Positions 48,862-60,154 of a DNA stretch of 64,000 nucleotides are shown piece after piece (within the stretch, counting starts at the first letter, position 1; the number at the start of each line of letters is the position of its first letter). This DNA is from Pristiophorus japonicus (Eukaryota). Position numbers and translations under genes: made by a program. The DNA lies in NCBI RefSeq assembly GCF_044704955.1, contig NC_091999.1, positions 46,500,001-46,564,000 on the forward strand, given 5' to 3'. The notes under the pieces are model-generated. The model saw nothing but the letters and a program-made list of their open reading frames with translations, was not told the DNA's origin and made no database searches.

Positions 48862-51138
48862 GTGGAGAATGTTCCCCGGTTTATATCCCCCCCGGTGTGG
48901 GGAGAATGTTCCCCGGTTTATATCCCCCCTCCCCGGTGTGGGGAGAATGTTCCCCGGTTTATATCCCCCCCCCCGGTGTGGGGAGAATGTTCCCCGGTTT
49001 ATATCCCCCCTCCCCCCGGTGTGGGGAGAATGTTCCCCGGTTTATATCCCCCCCGCCCCCCCCCGGTGTGGGGAGAATGTTCCCCGGTTTATATCCCCCC
49101 CCGGTGTGGAGAGAATGTTCCCCGGTTTATATCCCCCCTCCCCGGTGTGGGGAGAATGTTCCCCGGTTTATATCCCCCCTCCCCCCGGTGTGGGGAGAAT
49201 GTTCCGCGGTTTATATCCCCCCTCCCCCCGGTGTGGGGAGAATGTTCCCCGGTTTATATTCCCCCCCCGGTGTGGGGAGAATGTTCCCCGGTTTATATCC
49301 CCCACCCGGTGTGGGGAGAATGTTCCCCGGTTTATATCCCCCCCACCCCCCGGTGTGGGGAGAATGTTCCCCGCTTGATATCCCCCCCCCGGTGTGGGGA
49401 GAATGTTCCCCGGTTTATATCCCCCCCACCCCCCGGTGTGGGGAGAATGTTCCCCGGTTTATATCCCCCCCCGGTGTGGGGAGAATGTTCCCCGGTTTAT
49501 TTCCCCCCTCCCCCCGGTGTGGGGAGAATGTTCCCCGGTTTATATCCCGCCCCCCGGTGTGGGGAGAATGTTCCCCGGTTTATATCCCCCCCCTCCCCCG
49601 TTGTGGGGAGAATGTTCCCCGGTTTATATCCCCCGGTGTGGGGAGAATGTTCCCCGGTTTATATCCCCCCCCTCCCCCGGTGTGGGGAGAATGTTCCCCG
49701 GTTTATATCCCCCCCCTCCCCCGGTGTGAGGAGAATGTTCCCCGGTTTATATCCCCCCCGGTGTGGGGAGAAAGTTCCCCGGTTTATATTCCCCCCCGGT
49801 GTGGGGAGAATGTTCCCCGGTTTATATCCACCCCCCCGGTGTGGGGAGAATGTTCCCCGGTTTATATCCCCCCCCGGTGTGGAGAGAATGTTCCCCGGTT
49901 TATATCCCCCCTCCCCGGTGTGGGGAGAATGTTCCCCGGTTTATATCCCCCCTCCCCCCGGTGTGCGGAGAATGTTCCGCGGTTTATATCCCCCCTCCCC
50001 CCGGTGTGGGGAGAATGTTCCCCGGTTTATATCCCCCCTCCCCCCGGTGTGGGGAGAATGTTCCCCGGTTTATATCCCCCCCACCCCCCGGTGTGGGGAG
50101 AATGTTCCCCGGTTTATATCCCCCCACCCGGTGTGAGGAGAATGTTCCCCGGTTTATATCCCCCCACCCGGTGTGGGGAGAATGTTCCCCGGTTTATATC
50201 CCCCCCACCCCCCGGTGTGGGGAGAATGTTCCCCGCTTGATATCCCCCCCCCGGTGTGGGGAGAATGTTCCCCGGTTTATATCCCCCCCACCCCCCGGTG
50301 TGGGGAGAATGTTCCCCGGTTTATATCCCCCCACCCGGTGTGGGGAGAATGTTCCCCGGTTTATATCCCCCCCCCGGTGTGGAGAGAATGTTCCCCGGTT
50401 TATATCCCCCCCCGGTGTGGGGAGAATGTTCCCCGGTTTATTTCCCCCCTCCCCCCGGTGTGGGGAGAATGTTCCCCGGTTTATATCCCGCCCCCCGGTG
50501 TGGGGAGAATGTTCCCCGGTTTATATCCCCCCCCTCCCCCGGTGTGGGGAGAATGTTCCCCGGTTTATATCCCCCCCCTCCCCCGGTGTGAGGAGAATGT
50601 TCCCCGGTTTATATCCCCCCCGGTGTGGGGAGAAAGTTCCCCGGTTTATATTCCCCCCCGGTGTGGGGAGAATGTTCCCCGGTTTATATCCACCCCCCCG
50701 GTGTGGGGAGAATGTTCCCCGGTTTATATCCAGCACCCCGGTGTGGGGAGAATGTTCCCCGGTTTATATCCCCTCCCCCCGGTGTGGGGAGAATGTTCCC
50801 CGGTTTATATCCCCCCCCTCCCCCGGTGTGGGGAGAATGTTCCCCGGTTTATATCCCCCCCCCCGGTGTGGGGAGAATGTTCCCCGGTTTATATCCCCCC
50901 CCTCCCCCGGTGTGGGGAGAATGTTCCCCGGTTTATATCCCCCCCCCCGGTGTGGGGAGAATGTTCCCCGGTTTATATCCCCCCCCCGGTGTGGGGAGAA
51001 TGTTCCCCGGTTTATATCCCCCCCCCCGGTGTGGGGAGAATGTTCCCCGGTTTATATCCCACCCCCCGGTGTGGGGAGAATGTTCCCCGGTTTATATCCC
51101 CCCCCCCGGTGTGGGGAGAATGTTCCCCGGTTTATATC
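48862..51138. repeat. Minisatellite of ~55 units: conserved CCGGTGTGGGGAGAATGTTCCCCGGTTTATAT core plus variable C-tract
   Basis: Direct reading; variants recur at ~860-bp offset. Confidence 0.97.
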
Positions 51139-51139
51139 T

Positions 51140-51375
51140 GGGCCCGGGGGCTGCACTCGGTGTTGTTGTCCCCAGCGTTTCTTTAACCCGCTCCCTGGAT
51201 CTCGCTCACCTCCTGCGTCAGCGTCTGTCACCGCCGCCTGCACATGCTCAGCTCACACTGCCCGGGTGATTGACGGCAGTTCCCCACCAATAGGAAGAGT
51301 GAGGCGGGGCTGGAGGACCGGATGGGCGGTTGGTCCTCCAACTAATTGGAGTGTGTGAGGGGCGGGGCTTCCGGC
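51140..51375 (-). promoter_or_regulatory. Promoter-module copy 3 plus short first exon (donor GAG|GTGAGC ~51209), probably for ZNF-C
   Basis: CCAAT and GGGGCGGGGC boxes, CTTCCGG ETS site, homology to 6300-6446. Confidence 0.65.
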
Positions 51376-51377
51376 AG

Positions 51378-53325
51378 GCTGTAACTAGTGGGGTGCAGCA
51401 AGGATCAGTGCTGGGGCCTCAGCTATTTATAATCTATATTAATGACCTAGATAAAGGGACCCAGTGTAATATTTGCTGACGATACAAAGCTCGGTGAGAC
51501 AGTAAGCTGGGAGCAGAACACAAGAGTGCAAAGATATATAGACAGACGATGTGAATGGGCAGTAAGGTGGCAGATTGAGTATAATGTCGGGAAATGTGAG
51601 GTTATTCACTTTGGTAGGAAGAATAGAAAAACAGAATATCTTTTAAATGGTGAGAAACTTTAAATGTTGGTGTTGAGAGAGATTTGGGTGTCCTTGTGCA
51701 AGAAACACAGAAAGCGAGCATGCAGGTACAGCAAGCAGTAAGGGGGTGGAGTATAAGAGTCAGGATCTATTGCTGCAATTGTACAGGGCCTTGGTGAGAC
51801 CACACCTGGAGTACTGGGCAGTTTCAGTCTCCTTATCAAAGGAAAGATATACTTGCCTTGGAGATGGTGCAATGGAGGTTCACAAGATTGATTCCTGGTA
51901 TGAGAGAGCTGTCTTACGATTGAGAGATTGTGTAGAATGGACCGATACTCTCTGGAGTTTAGAAGAATGAGAGGGGATCTCATTGAAACATACAAGATTC
52001 TGAAGGGTATTGACAGGGGAGATGCTGAGAGCTCGATTTCCCCGGGATGGAGTGACTAGAACTCGGGGGCTCAAGATAAGGGGCAGGCCATTTAAGACAG
52101 AGATGAGAAATCTCTTCACTCAGAGGGTTGTGAATCTTTGGAATTCTCTGCCCCAGAGGGCTGTGGATGCTCAGTCTATTCAAGGCTGAGATAGATAGAT
52201 TTTTGGACTCTCGGGGAATCAAGGGATATGGAGATCAGGTGGGAAAGTGGAGTTGAGGGCAATGATCTTGTTGAATGGCGGAGCAGGCTCGAGGGGCCGT
52301 ATGACCTACTCCTGCTCCTATCTCTGATATTCTAATATTGACATTTGAGGGGCTCTAGATTTATTAGTCCCACCCTTTATCTTAAGGGAACATAGTTGCT
52401 CTGAACCCTCGCTATCTCCTCCTTGAATGTCTCCCACTGCTCTGACACTAATTTACCTTCAAGTAGCTGTTTCCAGTCCACTTTGGTTAAATCACATCTC
52501 TGCTTAGTAACATTAGCTTTACCCCAATTGAGAACTTTTATTCCTGGTCTATCTTTGTCCTTTTCCATAACTACCCTAAATCTAACTGAATTATGATCAC
52601 CAGCACCAAAATGCTCTCCCACTGATACCCCTTCCACCTGCCCAAGCTTCATTCATTAAACCTAAGTCCAGAACCACCCCCTCTCTTGTTGGGCTTGCTA
52701 CGTAATGGCTAAAAAAGTTCTCCTGAATGCATTTTAAGAATACTGCTCCTTCTATATCTTTCACACTAATTCTATCCAAGTTAATATTTGGGTAGTTGAA
52801 ATCCCCGACTATTACTGCCCGATTATTTTTGCTCGTATCAGAAATGTGCCAACATATTTGCTCTTCTGTCTCCCTCTGACTGTTTGGGGGTCTATAGTAC
52901 ATCCCCAGCAGTGTGATCGCCCCTTTTTCTGTTCTTCACTTCTCCCATGTGGCCTCATTTGATGATCCTTCGAACATATCATCCCTCCCCACAGCTGGAA
53001 TTGTTTCTTTAATCAACACTGCGACGCGCCCGCCTTTTTTTATCCCCATTTCTATCTCGTCTTAAAACCCTGTAACCAGGAATGTTGAGCTGCCATTCCT
53101 GCAGTTCTTTTAGCCGTGTTTCACTAATAGTTACAATATCATACCCCCACATGTCTGTCTGTGCCCTCAGCTTATCTGCCTTAATCCCCAGACTCCTTGC
53201 ATTGGCATTGAAGGATTTCTAGATTGATTCCTGTGATGAGAGGACTGTCTTATGATGAGAGTTTGTGGAGAATGGGCCTATACTCTCTGGAGTTTAGAAA
53301 AATGAGTGATCTCATTGAAACACAC
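51378..53325. mobile_element. CR1 fragments: 51378-52335 (+, RT to 3' end), 52340-53205 (-, endonuclease), 53210-53325 (+)
   Basis: LLQLYRALVRPHLEY; YYRPPNS, IVGDFN, GDHNSV. Confidence 0.85.
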
Positions 53326-53429
53326 TGGCACTGGCATTTAGCGCTGCCAAACTCCCTTATTGTCTATTTTCTAGCCTTTGTTTCCTCTGCCTTCCAAACA
53401 GTATACCTACTGTCCCTGCTCTCTAGCCA

Positions 53430-56025
53430 TACTGTCCCCTCTATCCATCCGCACTGTCCCCTCTCTCTCTCCATCCGCACGGTCCCCTCTCTCTCTCCAT
53501 CCGCACGGTCCCCTCTCTCTCTCCATCCGCACGGTCCCCCCTCTCTCCGTCCACACTGTCCCCTCTCTCTGTCCACACTGTCCCCTCTCTCTGTCCACAC
53601 TGTCCCCTCTCTCTGTCCACACTGTCCCCTCTCTCTGTCCACACTGTCCCCTCTCTCTGTCCACACTGTCCCCTCTCTCTGTCCACACTGTCCCCTCTCT
53701 CTGTCCACACTGTCCCCTCTCTCTGTCCACACTGTGTCCCCTCTCTCTATCCACACTGTCCCCTCTCTCTGTCCACACTGTGTCCCCTCTCTCTGTCCAC
53801 ACTGTCCCCTCTCTCTGTCCACACTGTCCCCTCTCTCTGTCCACACTGTCCCCTCTCTCTGTCCACACTGTCCCCTCTCTCTGTCCACACTGTCCCCTCT
53901 CTCGGTCCACACTGTCCCCTCTCTCTGTCCACACTGTCCCCTCTCTCTGTCCACACTGTCCCCTCTCTCTGTCCACACTGTCCCCTCTCTCTGTCCACAC
54001 TGTCCCCTCTCTCTGTCCACACTGTCCCCTCTCTCTGTCCACACTGTGTCCCCTCTCTCTATCCACACTGTCCCCTCTCTCTATCCACACTGTGTCCCCT
54101 CTCTCTGTCCACACTGTCCCCTCTCTCTGTCCACACTGTCCCCTCTCTCGGTCCACACTGTCCCCTCTCTCTGTCCACACTGTCCCCTCTCTCTGTCCAC
54201 ACTGTCCCCTCTCTCTGTCCACACTGTCCCCTCTCTCTGTCCACACTGTCCCCTCTCTCTGTCCACACTGTCCCCTCTCTCTGTCCACACTGTCCCCTCT
54301 CTCTGTCCACACTGTCCCCTCTCTCTGTCCACACTGTCCCCTCTCTCTGTCCACACTGTCCCCTCTCTCTGTCCACACTGTCCCCTCTCTCTGTCCACAC
54401 TGTCCCCTCTCTCTGTCCACACTGTCCCCTCTCTCTGTCCACACTGTCCCCTCTCTCTGTCCACACTGTCCCCTCTCTCTGTCCACACTGTCCCCTCTCT
54501 CTGTCCACACTGTCCCCTCTCTCTGTCCACACTGTCCCCTCTCTCTGTCCACACTGTCCCCTCTCTCTGTCCACACTGTCCCCTCTCTCTGTCCACACTG
54601 TCCCCTCTCTCTGTCCACACTGTCCCCTCTCTCTGTCCACACTGTCCCCTCTCTCTGTCCACACTGTCCCCTCTCTCTGTCCACACTGTCCCCTCTCTCT
54701 GTCCACACTGTCCCCTCTCTCTGTCCACACTGTCCCCTCTCTCTGTCCACACTGTCCCCTCTCTCTGTCCACACTGTCCCCTCTCTCTGTCCACACTGTC
54801 CCCTCTCTCTGTCCACACTGTCCCCTCTCTCTGTCCACACTGTCCCCTCTCTCTGTCCACACTGTCCCCTCTCTCTGTCCACACTGTCCCCTCTCTCTGT
54901 CCACACTGTCCCCTCTCTCTGTCCACACTGTCCCCTCTCTCTGTCCACACTGTCCCCTCTCTCTGTCCACACTGTCCCCTCTCTCTGTCCACACTGTCCC
55001 CTCTCTCTGTCCACACTGTCCCCTCTCTCTGTCCACACTGTCCCCTCTCTCTGTCCACACTGTCCCCTCTCTCTGTCCACACTGTCCCCTCTCTCTGTCC
55101 ACACTGTCCCCTCTCTCTGTCCACACTGTCCCCTCTCTCTGTCCACACTGTCCCCTCTCTCTGTCCACACTGTCCCCTCTCTCTGTCCACACTGTCCCCT
55201 CTCTCTGTCCACACTGTCCCCTCTCTCTGTCCACACTGTCCCCTCTCTCTGTCCACACTGTCCCCTCTCTCTGTCCACACTGTCCCCTCTCTCTGTCCAC
55301 ACTGTCCCCTCTCTCTGTCCACACTGTCCCCTCTCTCTGTCCACACTGTCCCCTCTCTCTGTCCACACTGTCCCCTCTCTCTGTCCACACTGTCCCCTCT
55401 CTCTGTCCACACTGTCCCCTCTCTCTGTCCACACTGTCCCCTCTCTCTGTCCACACTGTCCCCTCTCTCTGTCCACACTGTCCCCTCTCTCTGTCCACAC
55501 TGTCCCCTCTCTCTGTCCACACTGTCCCCTCTCTCTGTCCACACTGTCCCCTCTCTCTGTCCACACTGTCCCCTCTCTCTGTCCACACTGTCCCCTCTCT
55601 CTGTCCACACTGTCCCCTCTCTCTGTCCACACCGTCCCCTCTCTCTATCCACACCGTCCCCTCTCTGTATCCACACCGTCCCCCCTCTCTGTCCACACCG
55701 TTCCCCTCTCTCTGTCCACACTGTCCCCTCTCTCTGTCCACACTGTCCCCTCTCTCTATCCACACCGTCCCCTCTCTCTATCCACACCGTCCCCTCTCTC
55801 TATCCACACCGTCCCCTCTCTCTATCCACACCGTCCCCTCTCTCTATCCACACCGTCCCCTCTCTCTATCCACACCGTCCCCTCTCTCTATCCACACCGT
55901 CCCCTCTCTCTATCCACACCGTCCCCTCTCTCTATCCACACCGTCCCCTCTCTCTATCCACACCGTCCCCTCTCTCTATCCACACCGTCCCCTCTCTCTG
56001 TCCACACCGTCCCCTCTCTCTATCC
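53430..56025. repeat. 22-bp minisatellite (CTGTCCCCTCTCTCTGTCCACA), ~115 units, homogeneous centre
   Basis: Direct reading; variant units are confined to the ends. Confidence 0.98.
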
Positions 56026-56027
56026 AG

Positions 56028-56860
56028 TGAGGATATTGTCCGGTCCTGTTGACGTGCAACCTGTCCGGCTTATACTGGTCCCACCTCCCCAGAAACGCTC
56101 CCAATGCCTCAGGAATCGAAAGCCCTCCCTCCTGCACCAAGCTCCAGCCATGCATTCATCTGCTCTATCCTCTTATTTCTGTACTCACCAGCACGTGGCA
56201 CCAGGAGTAATCCGGACATTACTACCTTTGAGGTCCTGTTTTTTAATCTCTTTTCTAGCTCCCTAAAATCTGCCTGCAGGATCTCATCCCTCTTTCTACC
56301 GATGTCATTGGTCCCGATATGGACCACAACCTGTGGATGTTCATCCTCCCCCCTCAACAATGTCCTGCAGCCGCTCAGTGACATCCTTGACCCTGGCACC
56401 AGGGAGGCAACATACCATCCTGGAATCATGTCTGTGCCTGCAGAAGCGCTTGTTTGTTCCCCTAACTATCAAATCCACCACCACTATTGCTCTTCCACTC
56501 TTCTACCTCCCCGCCCTGTGCAGCTGAGCCACCCACGGTGTCGTGGACATGGCTCTGGCTGCACTCCCCAGAGAAACCAGCAGTATCCAGAACTGAAAAC
56601 CGGTGAGCGAGCGAGATGCACTCAGGGGACTCCTGTCCTACTCTTGCCCCATAACGCTGAAAATTTTTTCAACTCATGTTTATCTCTTTCGAAAGTTACA
56701 AGTGAATCTGCTTCCAGCACCCGAACAGGCAGTGCGTTCCAGGCCAGAACATCTCGCTGCTTCATTAGTCCCCTCATGTAGCATCTGGTTCATTTACCAA
56801 TCACATTAAATCTGAGCCTCTGGTCACTGAACTTTCTGACACTGAAAATTGTTTCCCCTT
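56028..56860 (-). mobile_element. CR1 ORF1 fragment (56028-56635) and an old CR1 3' fragment
   Basis: VVVHIGTNDIGRKRDE..RTSKVVMSGLL. Confidence 0.85.
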
Positions 56861-57714
56861 ATTAAGAGGATTGGCGGGCTGGAGGAGGTTACAGAGATAG
56901 GGAGGGGTGAGGCCTTGGAGGGATTTGAACAAGAGGATGAGAATTTTAAAGCCTGAAGCGACCAGCTGTCTCCCCCAGTGCAGAATGTGACTCACTGCTA
57001 ACAGAAAGGATTTTTGTTTACTTACAAAAGATGCATAATGAAGGGAAATCAATCTCTGTATCTTTAACTAACAGCGACATGAGGGAAATGAATGACCTTT
57101 AAACACCTGGTTCACTTTTTTGGCACTGAAGAGTTTGAAACTCATAATAGGAACTCCAGGGAAATAAAATACTGACAAATGTTCAAGTGTTTTGCTGACA
57201 AAAGAAATCTCGATTTAACTTTAAAAAATAAATTGTTTAACAGGGGTTCACACAGACCCACCTGATAGGCCGACTCAGGATCCACCCCTCAAGCACCGCG
57301 ATTGGTTGCAGAACACGCTGCTCACTGGGCCCTCCGGCCTCTGACCTCTCTTCCTGTTGGTTCCCAGGGCAATCAATCACCACTCGCCAACATTACGCTG
57401 CCACATTAAGTTGAGGGGCTCGGAGGAAGAAATAAAATGGGGCCGTGAATCTGAGTTCAGAAATAAAATTAAAGAAGCATAATTAAATTTATAAACAAAA
57501 CTATTTAAAGTAAAATCAAATTAATTGTTGCATTTAATACATCCTTCTGGGCCAAGTGGGAAACAAGTGATGTGTGGGCTGTGCAGAGTGTCTGTTCCCG
57601 GTTACACAGCGTGTCCCTGGCTCCCCACTCCAAGTGCACATGTTTCAGCTCACATCCAACTGACTGGATAAACCTCGCCCGTCTAAACCCCATCACACAA
57701 ATAGCAGCATTTGA

Positions 57715-58292
57715 TGTTTAGTTCTGCTCAACCTTTATAAACACTGGTTAGGCCTCAGCTGACACATTGTGTTCAATTCTGGGCACCACACTTTCAGAAG
57801 GGTATCTACATCTTCGAGAGGGACCAGAAGAGATTTACTAGAATGGTACGAAGGAGGAGGGACTTCAGTTATGTGGAGATACTGGAGAAGCTGCGGTAAT
57901 TCTCCTTGGAGCAGAAAAGGTTAAGAGGAGATTTGATAGTGTTCAAAATCATGAACGGTTTTAATAGACTAAATAAGGAGAAACACTTTCCAGTGGCAGA
58001 AGGGTCGGTAACCAGAGGACACAGAGTTCAGATGATTGGTAAAAGAAGCAGAGGCGACATGAGGAACCATTGTATAAGCAGCGAGTTGTTGCAATCTGGA
58101 ATGCACTGCCTGATAGGGCGGTGGAAGCAGATTCAATAGTGGCTTTCAAAAGTGAATTGGATAAATACTAAAGGGGCAATATTTGCAGAGCTATGGGGAA
58201 AGAGCAGGGGAGTGGAACTAACTGGATAGCTCGAACATAGAGCCAGCACAGGCACGATGGGCCGAATGGCCTCCTGCGCTTTCATTCTATGA
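57715..58292 (+). mobile_element. CR1 3' fragment
   Basis: EQKRLRGDLIVFKIMNGF..TRGHR. Confidence 0.85.
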
Positions 58293-58329
58293 AAATGGCG
58301 GATGATCTTATCCAGAATGCTGCGACCAC

Positions 58330-58830
58330 ATATCCCCAGAAAACCAAGACCGCCTATTTCCACCTGTGTAATATCGGCCGTCTCCATCCCTGCCTCAGCT
58401 CACCCTCTGCTGAAACCCTCGTCCATTCCTCGGTTACCTCTAGACTTGACTATTCCAACACACTCCTGGCTGGCCTCCCACATTCTACCCCACGTAATCT
58501 TCACCTCATCTAAAACTCGGCTGCCCGTGTCCTAACTCGCACCAAGTCTCGTTCACCCATCACCCCCTGTGCTCACTGACCTACATTGGCTCCCGGTTAA
58601 GCAACGCTTCGATTTCAAAATTCTCATCCTTATTCACAAATCCCTCCATGGCCTCGCCCCTCCCTATCTCTGTAATCTCCGCCAGCCCCACAACCCCCAG
58701 AGATGTCTGCGCTCCTCAAATTCTGCCCTCCTGACCATCCCTGATTATAATCGCTCAACCGTTGGTGGCCTTGTCTTCTGTTACGGAGGCCCCAAGCTCT
58801 GGAACACCCTCCCGAAACCTCTGTGCCTCC
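58330..58830 (+). mobile_element. L2-clade LINE ORF2 C-terminal fragment (shorter - strand pieces at 47375-47570 and 56865-56950)
   Basis: SRLDYSN.LLAGLP, LTDLHWLPVKQRFDFKIL..KSLHGLAPPYL, PKLWNTLP. Confidence 0.85.
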
Positions 58831-58832
58831 TC

Positions 58833-59472
58833 CTTGAAAGCACTGACTCTGGCTGGGTTCAGTTCCACACTCACTGGTTCCACTCCCCTGAAGTTACTGA
58901 CTCTGGCTGGGTTCAGTTCTACACTCACTGGTTCCCCTCCCCTGAAGGTACTGACTCTGGCTGGGTTCAGTTCTACACTCACTGGTTCCCCTCCCCTGAA
59001 GGTACTGACTCTGGCTGGGTTCAGTTCTACACACACTGGTTCCCCTCCCCTGAAGGTACTGACTCTGGCTGGGTTCAATTCTACACTCACTGGTTCCCCT
59101 CCCCTGAAGGTGCTGACTCCGGCTGGGTTCAGTGCTACACTCACTGGTTCCCCTCCCCTGAAGTTACTGACTCTGGCTGGGTTCAGTTCTACACTCACTG
59201 GTTCCCCTCCCCTGAAGGTACTGACTCTGGCTGGGTTCAGTTCTACACTCACTGGTTCCCCTCCCCTGAAGGTACTGACTCTGGCTGGGTTCAGTTCTGC
59301 ACTCACTGGTTCCTCTCCTCTGAAGTTACTGCCTCTGGCTGGGTTCAGTTCGACACTCACTGGTTCCCCTCCCCTGAAGGTGCTGACTCTGGCTGGGTTC
59401 AGTTCTACATTCACTGGTTCCCCTCCCCTGAAGGTACTGACTCTGTCTGGTTTCAGTTCTGCACTCACTGGT
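58833..59472 (-). repeat. 54-bp ZNF-associated minisatellite, ~12 units
   Basis: 18-aa periodic ORFs. Confidence 0.95.
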
Positions 59473-59474
59473 TA

Positions 59475-60152
59475 ACATACGATATCGGAGCAGCAGTAGG
59501 CCATGCGGCCCCTCGAACCTGCTCCGCCATTTAATACGATCGTGGCTGATCCGATCATGGACTCGGGTCCCCTTCCCTGCTCGCTCCCCATAACCCCTTC
59601 TCGTTTGAGAAAGTGTCTATTTCTGATTTAATTTATACAATGTCCCAGCTTCCACAGCTCTCTGAGGCAGTGAATTCCACATCCACAACCCTCAGAAGAA
59701 ATTTCTCCTCATCTCAGTTTTAAATGGGGACTCCTTATTCTATGATTATGCGCTCTAGTTCTACTCTCCCCCATCAGTGAAACATCCTCTCTGCATCCAC
59801 CTTGTCACGCCCCCTCATAATCTTATATATTTCGATAAGATCACTTTTCTATCTTCTGAATTCCAATGAGTAGAGACCCAACATATTCAGCCCACTTATC
59901 TCCAGAATAAACTTTGTGAACCTTTTCTGAACTGCTTCCAAAGCAAGTATATCCTTTCGTAAATACAGAAACCAAAACTGTTCGCAGTATTCCAAGTGTG
60001 GCCTCACCAATACCCTGTACAACTGTAGCAAGACTTCCCAGCTTTTATACTGCATCCCCTTTGTAATAAAGGCCAAGATTCCATTGGCCTTCCTGATCAC
60101 TTGCTGTACCTGCATACTGATCTTTTGTGTTTCATGCACAAGTACCCCCAGG
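59475..60152 (-). mobile_element. CR1 3' fragment
   Basis: ORF 59849-60139. Confidence 0.88.
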
Positions 60153-60154
60153 TA

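Noticed and set aside
48862-51138. CRISPR-like array (CGGTTTAT..CCCC..GGGGA.. superficially resembles a type I-E repeat and is palindromic)
   Set aside because: No unique spacers, only short C-tracts; no cas genes; vertebrate context; block duplications are typical of a minisatellite
48862-51358. Pro/Cys-rich ORFs up to 531 aa
   Set aside because: Repeat-derived and overlapping in all three + frames
53224-56266. ORFs of 568-962 aa
   Set aside because: Translations of a stop-free 22-bp repeat, open in several frames on both strands
58569-59534. 321-aa fusion ORF
   Set aside because: L2 fragment reading fortuitously into the in-frame 54-bp repeat
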